64,000 bases of DNA, from NCBI GenBank assembly GCA_041651115.1, contig JBAZJY010000001.1, positions 453,165 to 517,164 on the forward strand. Reading direction: 5' to 3'. The stretch's first letter is position 1; each line of letters opens with the position of its first letter. Source of the stretch: Candidatus Omnitrophota bacterium (GTDB lineage Bacteria; Omnitrophota; Gorgyraeia; Gygaellales; Profunditerraquicolaceae). This document shows positions 1 through 8,546 of the stretch, piece after piece. The notes below the pieces were generated by a model. The model worked only from the letters and a program-made list of their open reading frames with translations, searched no databases and was not told the origin of the DNA. Both the position numbers and the translations under genes were made by a program.

Positions 1-106
1 GTAACGGGTATAGAAATCATTAATAAATTTGCTACGCGCTTTGCGCTCACCAACCCCGTCGGAAGGTTTATCTATATAAGGCTTTCCAAAAGATCATCGT
101 AAAATT

Positions 107-688
107 TTACAGCTTTATCCCTCTCCATACCAGTTCATCCGCGCCGCCTACCATCCACCACCAGCCGCGCTCAAACGCTACGGGAGACAGCTTGATTAAT
201 TTATTGATTATCCAGCACAACGGATAAAGTATCCATGCGTACTTTGATCTAGTCATCCCGGATTTAAACTTCAGGTATGGATGCTTAAAGCTGTTTATTT
301 TATACCACCATAGCTCATTCAGTTCCGTCCTGAACATATATTTTCCCCGCGAGATATAACTTAGATTGGTAAGATAGTCATGGAGCGAGCTGAAATTGAA
401 CGTGCGATAGTGTCCGAAATCGCCGATACCGATTATATTTGATGAATGGGGGACTTGTAAATGCAGGAATCCGCCGGGTTTTAATACGCGCCAAAGCTCC
501 CTGATTACCTCATAGGGCCTTTCCATATGTTCAAAGACATGTATCATATAGATCCCGTCAACCGAATTGTCCTTAAACGGCAGGGGTTTAGTAACATCTG
601 CCAGCAAATCCGCGGAGCCGAACTGCACGACGTCAATATTCACCGCTCCTTCAACCGGAAGCCTACCGCAGCCAAGATTAAGTATCAT
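107..688 (-). CDS. Class I SAM-dependent methyltransferase (Methyltransf_11-like)
   Basis: N-terminal motif I LNLGCG, acidic motif II and post-II DGIYMIHVFEH, typical of type-11 methyltransferases; 193 aa ORF. Confidence 0.7.
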   Translation of the reverse strand: MILNLGCGRLPVEGAVNIDVVQFGSADLLADVTKPLPFKDNSVDGIYMIHVFEHMERPYEVIRELWRVLKPGGFLHLQVPHSSNIIGIGDFGHYRTFNFSSLHDYLTNLSYISRGKYMFRTELNELWWYKINSFKHPYLKFKSGMTRSKYAWILYPLCWIINKLIKLSPVAFERGWWWMVGGADELVWRGIKL

Positions 689-1626
689 ATCAACTCCTTA
701 TAGATTGCCGCGAGTTTCTCAATCACGGTTTTATAATCATACCGCTTTATCAATTCCGTTGATCTGTCCGGATAATCATCGTCCAGGCATTGCTTGATAT
801 TTTGCGCCAGCTTACGATGATCGTCAGGGTGATGATACAAGGCACTTTCTCCGTAGATGGAGCGCAGAGTCGGGATATCCGAAATACAGCATTTCATTCC
901 GCTGGCATATGCTTCCATAACCCCTAACGGAAAGCCCTCGTTGTATGAAGAATTAATGAATATACTATGTTCCCTGAATAACTGCGCATATTCCGGGGTT
1001 GCGGCATCCACGCGCTTACGGTAACGGATATTGCCGCTATCCGTATTTTCGGCGCATTCGGTGATAGTTACCGTTACATCGGTATTAATAAGCCTCAAGG
1101 CTTCCAATAGCGTCTTGCTGTTTTTTTCTTTCCTGCCGCCGCCAAAAAACAATATTCCTTGTTTATTCCTTTCCCTGCCCAGGCCTGAAAACAGTTCCGT
1201 ATCAATGCCCAGTCCCAGCACGGATGAGTTTATGCCGCGTTCTTTGTAAAAATCATTTTCATAAGGCGATATGGCGCAGAGCGCATTAAATTGCCTGACC
1301 AGGCTGACCGCAAAGGGGATGAAGGAACCGAACATACCCCAGTAGCCAAACGAAGTATGCGGGGTAATCACCATCCGGGAGGCCTTCCTATTGAATTTTA
1401 ACCGCCAATATAATTCATACATCTTTCTTGTCATCCCGTGGCAATGGATAAGCGATCTTTCCGGGATCAACCTGTACGCTTCTTGCGGGGTATATCGGCT
1501 AAGAGAAAATAATTCCGCCTCTAATCCCAATTGCTTTGCCGCGACAACGGAAACATAGAAGTAGTCTTCATTGGGGATTACCCGCACGGGATAAAAAGGA
1601 GTAAGACAGAAAAATTTCTTTATCAT
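685..1626 (-). CDS. Glycosyltransferase, GT4-like (GT1 superfamily, C-terminal Glycos_transf_1 domain)
   Basis: 313 aa; C-terminal half has the EGFPLGVMEAYASG-type motif of retaining GT4 enzymes; overlaps the upstream methyltransferase gene by 4 nt (operon). Confidence 0.65.
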   Translation of the reverse strand: MIKKFFCLTPFYPVRVIPNEDYFYVSVVAAKQLGLEAELFSLSRYTPQEAYRLIPERSLIHCHGMTRKMYELYWRLKFNRKASRMVITPHTSFGYWGMFGSFIPFAVSLVRQFNALCAISPYENDFYKERGINSSVLGLGIDTELFSGLGRERNKQGILFFGGGRKEKNSKTLLEALRLINTDVTVTITECAENTDSGNIRYRKRVDAATPEYAQLFREHSIFINSSYNEGFPLGVMEAYASGMKCCISDIPTLRSIYGESALYHHPDDHRKLAQNIKQCLDDDYPDRSTELIKRYDYKTVIEKLAAIYKELI

Positions 1627-1708
1627 TATGCCTCTTTTTTTGGTATGTCCATTTTACATCTATTCCCGCCGCTGTCAATGGAGTAGTTGCGGCTGCCGCA
1701 AGGAATTG

Positions 1709-1736
1709 TTGTATAAGCGATTATGTATGTTATAAT
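1709..1736 (+). promoter_or_regulatory. Sigma70-like promoter (TTGTAT, 16-nt spacer, TATAAT) in the divergent intergenic region
   Basis: Read directly: -35 TTGTAT at 1709-1714, -10 TATAAT at 1731-1736, 15 nt upstream of the ATG at 1752. Confidence 0.4.
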
Positions 1737-1751
1737 TAGGTAAATTAAAAC

Positions 1752-2780
1752 TTGCTAAAAATGCCCAACGAAACTACACCTAGAATAACTATCTGTATTC
1801 CTACGTTTAACCGCTGCAATTTGCTCAAAAAAGCGCTCCTGTCAGTAGCGCATCAAACGGTAAAACCATGGGAAACCGTCGTGGTTGACAACTGTTCCGA
1901 TGACGACACGGAAAAGGTCGTCCGCGAATTTGCCGGCGTCAAATACTTCAGAAATGAAACAAACCTGGAGATGATGGATAATTGGAACCGCTGCATTGAA
2001 TTGGCTACGGGCGAATTTATTGCCCTGCTGCATTCAGACGACCTCATTTCACCCGACTGGCATGAGCAATGGCTGGCAATGATCCAAAAAAACAATAAGC
2101 CGGAAATCGGCGCTTATTTTTCCGCCACCTTCACCATTGATATGGAAGAAAACGCAAAAATCATTTACCGCGTTTTCTATAGAGAAACGCTGCTAAAGCC
2201 GGCAGAAGGGTTCAGGAAGCTCTGGAAACGGAACATGTGCTCTTTACCGGCATCCGCGGCAATAATTTATCGTAAAGCGATCTTTAATGCGCTGGGAAAA
2301 TTTAATAAGTCGTATTCTACAGAGGCCGATATTGCTTTTTCCCTGAAGCTTTTAAGCAGGTTTTCTATTTTTTATACCCCAAAGCTTCTGTTCGCCTACC
2401 GCGTACACCCGTTCCAGAGCTTTGACACGGATAAGAAAATAAAGACCGACGAAAAAAGATTCGCTACGCTGTCCCAGCATTTGGTGATCTTCAGGGAATT
2501 TTACGCTCAGCTTCCGGAAAGCCGATATAAAACTCCGCTGTTCTATAAGCGCGTGGGTTACATGTACATCGCAATCGCCATTTTTTGTTTTCTATCGTTC
2601 CGGTTCGAGAAAGCTGCCGGCTATTACAAGTTGACTAAAAAGGCATTTCCTGATATTCTGAAAAATCCCGGCGATTTTTTCCGGATATTTTTATTGATCG
2701 CGCATTACGCCTGGAAATTAATTATCGGAAGGATCGAAGCAATACGGATCCGCACCATTGCCAAACACTGGATAATATGA
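1752..2780 (+). CDS. Family 2 glycosyltransferase
   Basis: N-terminal ICIPTFNR...VVVDNCSDDDT, a GT2 Rossmann DxD-type signature; 342 aa with a hydrophobic C-terminus. Confidence 0.7.
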   Translation: MLKMPNETTPRITICIPTFNRCNLLKKALLSVAHQTVKPWETVVVDNCSDDDTEKVVREFAGVKYFRNETNLEMMDNWNRCIELATGEFIALLHSDDLISPDWHEQWLAMIQKNNKPEIGAYFSATFTIDMEENAKIIYRVFYRETLLKPAEGFRKLWKRNMCSLPASAAIIYRKAIFNALGKFNKSYSTEADIAFSLKLLSRFSIFYTPKLLFAYRVHPFQSFDTDKKIKTDEKRFATLSQHLVIFREFYAQLPESRYKTPLFYKRVGYMYIAIAIFCFLSFRFEKAAGYYKLTKKAFPDILKNPGDFFRIFLLIAHYAWKLIIGRIEAIRIRTIAKHWII

Positions 2781-3544
2781 CAACTAAAGACAATGTCTTA
2801 ACGCGGGATTGGGACGATTACTGGTCGTCTGAATGCCACAATATAGACCGCGGGATGCAATGCAACCTAGATTCACATCAAGGAAAAGTCACCTTTGGCT
2901 TGCTTGATAAATCCAAGGCCGGAAAAATGGTCCTGGAGGCAGGTTGCGGCCTGGGGAATTGGATATTTTTATTTGAGAAAAGAGGCTTTAAGCCGGTTGG
3001 GATAGATTTATCGTTATCTTCGTTAAAGATCGCGTCTGAATACGGCAGAAGGAACAGGCTTAAGGCCAATCTCTCGCTGGCAGATGTGCGAAAACTCCCC
3101 TTTAAAGATAATACTTTTGACGCGATCGTAAGTTACGGCGTGATTGAACATTTTCCCGATTCCGGCGCAGCCGTAAAGGAATTCCACAGGGTCCTAAAAC
3201 CTTCCGGCGCATGCCTGATCACAACCCCAAACCCGTTTTCTTTCCATCGGCTGATCGGCCGCCATATTTTGAACATTACAAAAAGCCGCAAGCTCGGCTA
3301 TGTGGGGTATGAAAATGCCTTTACCCCGGCCGGCTTAACGCGCCTGCTTAAGGATTCGGGATTTACAAAGACAGAAAACGGTATCCTTTCAGACGGGATG
3401 GGAACTTTATTCGGCGTATTCTGGCCGGGAATACCCGTGATCGGCAAAGGGCTGCACCGGCTGTTTTCCAAAATAGCGGCATTTATTGAAAACAGGCAGA
3501 ACGTAGTCGGCGGCGGTTCGTACGCGATCGGCTATAAAGAATAA
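2777..3544 (+). CDS. Class I SAM-dependent methyltransferase
   Basis: LEAGCGLGNW (motif I), DAIVSYGVIEHF, LKPSG: the Methyltransf_11/25 pattern; ATGA overlap with the upstream GT2. Confidence 0.7.
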   Translation: MTTKDNVLTRDWDDYWSSECHNIDRGMQCNLDSHQGKVTFGLLDKSKAGKMVLEAGCGLGNWIFLFEKRGFKPVGIDLSLSSLKIASEYGRRNRLKANLSLADVRKLPFKDNTFDAIVSYGVIEHFPDSGAAVKEFHRVLKPSGACLITTPNPFSFHRLIGRHILNITKSRKLGYVGYENAFTPAGLTRLLKDSGFTKTENGILSDGMGTLFGVFWPGIPVIGKGLHRLFSKIAAFIENRQNVVGGGSYAIGYKE

Positions 3545-3547
3545 CCC

Positions 3548-5380
3548 ATGATCACAAACCGGATCTTCCCTAAAAAACCAATACTGCTGCTCGTGCTGTT
3601 TTTTATCCTGCTCAGCATCATTTTTACCTTTCCGCTTACGCTGAAGATCAATTCCTGCATACCCGGATTCCACAGCACTGACGAGCCGTACGCGGCGCTA
3701 TGGTATTTCTGGTGGGTCAAATACGCCCATTCAAAAGGAATGGACGGCATAGATTGCGCGCTTACTGCCGCGCCGTTCGGGATAACGATTAAACCGGGGT
3801 ATCTTGTCTGGACGTGGATCAACAGGTCTATTGCAATAGCCACTAACCCGGCTTTCGCATACAACATCCAAGTGCTCTTAAGTTTTATCCTTTCTGCCGT
3901 TAGCGCATATTTATTGGGCATTTATGTTCTAAAGAATGTGCCAGCGGCAATTTTCGTTTCTATAATTTTTGCCTTTTGCCCGTATCATTTTGCGCGCAGC
4001 TGGCAGCATCTGGGCCTTGCGCATACGCAGTGGCTGCCGTTATATTTATACGCGCTTTTATTCCTCTGCGCGCGCCGTTCATATGCGGCAGCGGCCCTGG
4101 CCGGCCTGTCGTTTGCTTTAGTAATGTCGTTTGACTTATATTACGCCTACTTTATGTTCCTCGCCACGCTGTTATTTTTCTTATACTACCTGTCATATTA
4201 CAGAAACCTGAGGGCATCGCTTGGTATGGCAAGGTTATTATTAGTAGCGGCCCTGATCGCGGTAATTATTGAAGCCCCCGATATCTACAATACGATCTCG
4301 TATATTTCCGGATTAAAGCATACAGCCGGGGCGCAGGGCGTATATGGCTATATCCGGCCGTTTGAAGACCTGTTTGTGCAGTCAGCCCGGCCGTTAAGCT
4401 ATTTTCTACCTGCTTCCAGCCATCCGCTTTTCGGTTCTTTTGCCGACCAGCTTATTGGTTCGTCTTTATATGGAACAAGCTATACGGAACATACGCTGTA
4501 TTTAGGCTGGGTGCCGATGCTGCTTGCGTTCGCAGCGCTGCGCAGCCGTTTAAAAGGCCGGAAGGCCGGCCCGCAGCCCGGGATATCCGCAGCTGCGAAA
4601 GATGAAAATTATTTCTTCTGGTTTTTTGTTTTACTCACGCTGGGCGCCTGGCTTTTTTCCCAGCCGCCGTGGTGGAACATCTTCGGCTTTAAATTATACA
4701 TGCCTTCGTTCTTTATGTATAAGTTTGCGCCAATGTTCCGGGCTTATTGCCGTTTCGGCATTGTCGTAATGCTCGGCGTAGCTGTCCTTGCCGGATATGG
4801 GATTAGGCTTTTATTGGATAAATTCAAATCCCGGTGGATAAGAATACTTTTGACGGCCGCGTTTTGCAGCCTGGTGATCTTTGAATTCTGGAACTGGCCG
4901 CCGGCTAAGATCATTGATGTTTCCCGGGTGCCGGATGTTTATTACTGGCTAAAAGGCCAGCCCGGCGACTTTACGATCGCAGAATATCCGCTGTATACCG
5001 AAGGCTCCAATGAAATCTATCGATTTTGCCAGATCACCCACGCAAAAAAGACTATTAACGGCGCAACGCCCGGAACATACGCCAATAAGGTTGAAAAGAT
5101 GCTGACCAAAATATCCCTGCCGCAAACTGCGCAGTATTTGAAATGGATGGGGGTAAAATACGTTTTGGTTCACAGGTATAAATATCTGCAGACAGGCTTG
5201 ATCGAAGACCGGGAAGAATTGGATAAGATCGCGCAAAATAACCGCCTTAAGCAGATTAAAAGCTTTCCCGCTCAAGACTGCCCCACAGAAATAATCTGCA
5301 TGGAAAAAACCGGAGAGATCGATATCTACGAAATAACCCCCGGGACAATCGCCGTAAAACCGGAACCTGAAGAAGAATGA
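3548..5380 (+). CDS. Polytopic membrane protein, GT-C-fold glycosyltransferase-like (YfhO/ArnT-like)
   Basis: 610 aa, more than 10 predicted TM helices, and a large C-terminal soluble domain; the architecture resembles lipid-linked-sugar-dependent GT-C transferases. Confidence 0.45.
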   Translation: MITNRIFPKKPILLLVLFFILLSIIFTFPLTLKINSCIPGFHSTDEPYAALWYFWWVKYAHSKGMDGIDCALTAAPFGITIKPGYLVWTWINRSIAIATNPAFAYNIQVLLSFILSAVSAYLLGIYVLKNVPAAIFVSIIFAFCPYHFARSWQHLGLAHTQWLPLYLYALLFLCARRSYAAAALAGLSFALVMSFDLYYAYFMFLATLLFFLYYLSYYRNLRASLGMARLLLVAALIAVIIEAPDIYNTISYISGLKHTAGAQGVYGYIRPFEDLFVQSARPLSYFLPASSHPLFGSFADQLIGSSLYGTSYTEHTLYLGWVPMLLAFAALRSRLKGRKAGPQPGISAAAKDENYFFWFFVLLTLGAWLFSQPPWWNIFGFKLYMPSFFMYKFAPMFRAYCRFGIVVMLGVAVLAGYGIRLLLDKFKSRWIRILLTAAFCSLVIFEFWNWPPAKIIDVSRVPDVYYWLKGQPGDFTIAEYPLYTEGSNEIYRFCQITHAKKTINGATPGTYANKVEKMLTKISLPQTAQYLKWMGVKYVLVHRYKYLQTGLIEDREELDKIAQNNRLKQIKSFPAQDCPTEIICMEKTGEIDIYEITPGTIAVKPEPEEE

Positions 5381-7197
5381 CCAGTATTCTGGGCATATCC
5401 TGTTTTTATCACGACAGCGCAGCCGCGCTGATCATTGACGGAGAGGTCGTTGCCGCGGCCCAAGAGGAACGTTTTAGCCGCAAAAAACACGATCCGGGAT
5501 TTCCTTGCGGCGCAATTGCCTATTGCCTTAAAGAAGGCAACATCGCGGCTAAGGATATTGATTTCGTCGTTTTTTACGATAAGCCGTTTATTAAATTTGA
5601 AAGAATATTAGAAACTTCTTTTTCTTCGGCGCCTTTAGGCATACGGCAGTTCATCCAGGCAATGCCGCTATGGCTAAAGCAGAAGCTCTGGATACCGGAG
5701 CTGATCAAAAAAGAGCTGGGATATAACGGAAAAATCCTGTTTACCAGCCATCATGAATCCCATGCAGCAAGCGCCTTTTTTCCTTCGCCGTTTGACGAAG
5801 CAGCGTTTTTAACCCTGGACGGCGTAGGAGAATGGGAAACTGCCAGCTTGGGGACAGGCAAAGGCAATAACTTTGAGATCGATTATCATCTGAGATTCCC
5901 TCATTCATTGGGCTTGCTTTATTCGGCTTTCACCTACTATGCCGGATTTAAGATTAATTCCGGAGAGTATAAACTGATGGGGCTTGCCCCGTATGGCCAG
6001 GCAAAACATGCCGACCTGATACTCGACAAGCTCCTGGACCTTAAAGAAGACGGCTCATTTAAGCTGAACATGCGCTATTTTGGTTATACCACCGGCCTTA
6101 AAATGATCAACCGGCGCTTTGAGCAGCTTTTCGGTTCCCCGGCGCGCAAGCCGGAAACAAAGATCACGCAGAATTATATGGATATTGCCGCTTCAATCCA
6201 AAAAGTCACGGAAGAAATAATGCTGCGGATGGCCCGGCACGTGTATAAAGTTACCGGCAAAGATAAACTTTGCCTTGCCGGAGGCGTTGCCTTAAATTGC
6301 GTCGGTAACGGCCGCATTTTGCGCGAAGGGCCGTTCAAAGAGATCTGGATCCAGCCGGCAAGCGGAGATGCCGGCGGCGCATTAGGCGCCGCGCTTCTTA
6401 TCTGGCACAAATATTTAGGCAATAAGCGCACCTGCGACGGTACGCACGATAAGCAAAAAGCGTCGCTATTAGGGCCGTCGTACAGCGACAATTATATAGA
6501 AGACTTCCTTAACCGCCAGAAAATTACCTATCTCAAGCTGTCCGCTGATGAAATCCCGGATAGAATTTCCGACCTGATCATTCAGGATAAAGTAATCGGC
6601 TGGTTCCAGGGCAGGCTTGAATTTGGGCCGCGCGCGCTGGGCGCAAGAAGCATAATCGGCGATGCCCGTAACCCGGAAATGCAGTCAAAAATGAACCTTA
6701 AGATCAAATACCGGGAATCATTCCGGCCGTTTGCCCCAACGGTTCTAAAAGAAAAGGCCGGGGACTGGTTCGCATTGGAAAGAGAAAGCCCGTATATGCT
6801 TTTAGTCGCTCCGGTCAAAGAAGATAAAATAAGAGCCCCCGGGAAAAACGAAGAGGCAGCAGCCGGGTTTGACAAGCTAAAGACCCAACGCTCCGAGATA
6901 CCCGCAGTCACGCACGTAGATTATTCCGCCCGCATCCAGACTGTAAAAAGGGAGGATAATCCGCTTTATTATGATATGATAAATGAATTCTATAAAAAAA
7001 CCGGCTGTCCTGTTATAATAAATACGTCGTTTAACGTAAGGGGAGAGCCGCTGGTCTGTACGCCGGAAGATGCATTCCGCTGCTTTATGCGCACAGAAAT
7101 AGACTACCTGATCATGGGCCGGTTTCTCCTGGACAAGAAGCAGCAGCAGCCGCTTGATAAAGACGTGAATTGGAAGCAGGCCTTTGAATCAGACTAA
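5377..7197 (+). CDS. Carbamoyltransferase (NodU/CmcH/SxtI family)
   Basis: N-terminus ILGISCFYHDSAAALIIDGEVVAAAQEERFSRKKHD and ~600 aa length are diagnostic of NodU/CmcH O-carbamoyltransferases. Confidence 0.85.
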   Translation: MTSILGISCFYHDSAAALIIDGEVVAAAQEERFSRKKHDPGFPCGAIAYCLKEGNIAAKDIDFVVFYDKPFIKFERILETSFSSAPLGIRQFIQAMPLWLKQKLWIPELIKKELGYNGKILFTSHHESHAASAFFPSPFDEAAFLTLDGVGEWETASLGTGKGNNFEIDYHLRFPHSLGLLYSAFTYYAGFKINSGEYKLMGLAPYGQAKHADLILDKLLDLKEDGSFKLNMRYFGYTTGLKMINRRFEQLFGSPARKPETKITQNYMDIAASIQKVTEEIMLRMARHVYKVTGKDKLCLAGGVALNCVGNGRILREGPFKEIWIQPASGDAGGALGAALLIWHKYLGNKRTCDGTHDKQKASLLGPSYSDNYIEDFLNRQKITYLKLSADEIPDRISDLIIQDKVIGWFQGRLEFGPRALGARSIIGDARNPEMQSKMNLKIKYRESFRPFAPTVLKEKAGDWFALERESPYMLLVAPVKEDKIRAPGKNEEAAAGFDKLKTQRSEIPAVTHVDYSARIQTVKREDNPLYYDMINEFYKKTGCPVIINTSFNVRGEPLVCTPEDAFRCFMRTEIDYLIMGRFLLDKKQQQPLDKDVNWKQAFESD

Positions 7198-7202
7198 CAA
7201 AT

Positions 7203-7604
7203 ATGGACAAGATTAATACCGACACAAAAGCATTAAGGAAATTCGCATTTACCCTGGGGTCTGCATTCTTGATCTTCGCCTTGTTGGCCGCTTTACGGCA
7301 TAAACACAGCTCATTGCCCGCAGCTTTGCTGGCTGCGTTTTTCTTTATTTTTGGGCAAATCCTGCCAAAGGCGCTAAAGCCGGTATACGTTGCCTGGATG
7401 AGGCTGGCTCTTATTTTGAATTGGATGAATACAAGGCTGCTCCTGATCATCGTTTTCTATTTACTTATTACTCCCATAGCAGTAATTATGCGCGCATTCG
7501 GAAAAGACCCGCTGGACAGACAAATAGACAGGGCAAAGCTGTCATACTGGATCGCAAAGTCAGCGAAGCAACAACAAGCGTTAAATTATGAAAGGCAATT
7601 TTAA
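7203..7604 (+). CDS. Small membrane protein, SxtJ-like (carbamoyltransferase-associated); tentative
   Basis: 133 aa with 3 hydrophobic helices, immediately downstream of the carbamoyltransferase; the identification is by position/size analogy with carbamoyltransferase-associated SxtJ-like genes rather than strong motif recall. Confidence 0.4.
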   Translation: MDKINTDTKALRKFAFTLGSAFLIFALLAALRHKHSSLPAALLAAFFFIFGQILPKALKPVYVAWMRLALILNWMNTRLLLIIVFYLLITPIAVIMRAFGKDPLDRQIDRAKLSYWIAKSAKQQQALNYERQF

Positions 7605-7762
7605 TGGGAAAATTATCGATCCTGAAAGAATTCTGGGGTTTCTTAAAAGTGAGAAAAAAGTGGTGGCTGGCGCCGGTGATCATCATTCTGCTTTTGCTGG
7701 GGATGCTGATATTTTTTACCCAAGGCAGCGCAGTAACCCCGTTCATTTATACACTATTTTAA
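7604..7762 (+). CDS. DUF5989 (SxtK-like) small membrane protein, 52 aa; not in the ORF track
   Basis: ATG at 7604 overlaps the upstream TAA (TAATG). Translation: MGKLSILKEFWGFLKVRKKWWLAPVIIILLLLGMLIFFTQGSAVTPFIYTLF. This matches the DUF5989 signature (ELW.FLK.RKKWWL.P....LLLLG......SA.APFIYTLF). Confidence 0.7.
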   Translation: MGKLSILKEFWGFLKVRKKWWLAPVIIILLLLGMLIFFTQGSAVTPFIYTLF

Positions 7763-7787
7763 TTTAATCAAGGCCGGAGGAAAAGCA

Positions 7788-8546
7788 ATGAAGAAAATAA
7801 TCTTTTTATTTGTCATCACGGCAGTAATCTGTTTTGTCATTGCAACGGTCAATAATGATCCTGCGGCGGCTATTTACGCGTTATTAAAGAAGGGGCCCAT
7901 TAAGGAGGGCAACCTTGTTTACCGGATTTACGCATTTGGTTTTATTCCCATCGGAAATGCCAAAATAAATAAGGCAGCCGCAGAAATCTATAACGGCAAC
8001 AGCGTGTATCATTTAAGCGCCGCTGCCAAAAGCGCTAATTATTTATCCCGGATCTTTAACGCCACAGGGCAATTAGACTCATATATTGATGCGCAGACAC
8101 ATAACCCCATAGCTTACAGACAAAGAGTTTCCATCGCCAATAAAGACTGGGCAGTAAAAGAAATCGCCTATGACCAGCAGAACGCTACAATGACGATTGC
8201 CGGAGTAAAACGCCAGATCCTTCCTAATACGCAGGACTCTTTATCGGCAATATACAATATCAGGTTGATCGACCTCAACAAAGTCAGGGATTTTGAGGTC
8301 TTTTTAAATACTAATCAGAAAAACTATCTAATGAAAGGCAGTGTTTCAGCGCAAACGGTAACGGCCGGCAATAAGATATTTAAAATAGCAGTTGCCAACG
8401 CCGAAATTAAAAGATACGACGGCAACCCGCACCATAAATCAAAAATTTCCATCATTATGCTAAAAGACCATGCGAACATCCCGGCCCTGATCAAAGTCTT
8501 TGCATCCGGAGCAATGATAAGCGCAAAGCTGATTGAGATCGAATGA
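7788..8546 (+). CDS. Secreted hypothetical protein (DUF3108-like, tentative)
   Basis: Signal peptide MKKIIFLFVITAVICFVIA; 252 aa, beta-rich composition; RBS GGAGG 8 nt upstream. Confidence 0.4.
   Translation: MKKIIFLFVITAVICFVIATVNNDPAAAIYALLKKGPIKEGNLVYRIYAFGFIPIGNAKINKAAAEIYNGNSVYHLSAAAKSANYLSRIFNATGQLDSYIDAQTHNPIAYRQRVSIANKDWAVKEIAYDQQNATMTIAGVKRQILPNTQDSLSAIYNIRLIDLNKVRDFEVFLNTNQKNYLMKGSVSAQTVTAGNKIFKIAVANAEIKRYDGNPHHKSKISIIMLKDHANIPALIKVFASGAMISAKLIEIE

Noticed and set aside
1-106. Possible terminator (GCGC-TTT-GCGC hairpin) or 3' end of another minus-strand gene in the first 106 bp.
   Set aside because: The 4-bp stem is too weak and there is no U-tract on the relevant strand. There is too little sequence to call a partial gene.
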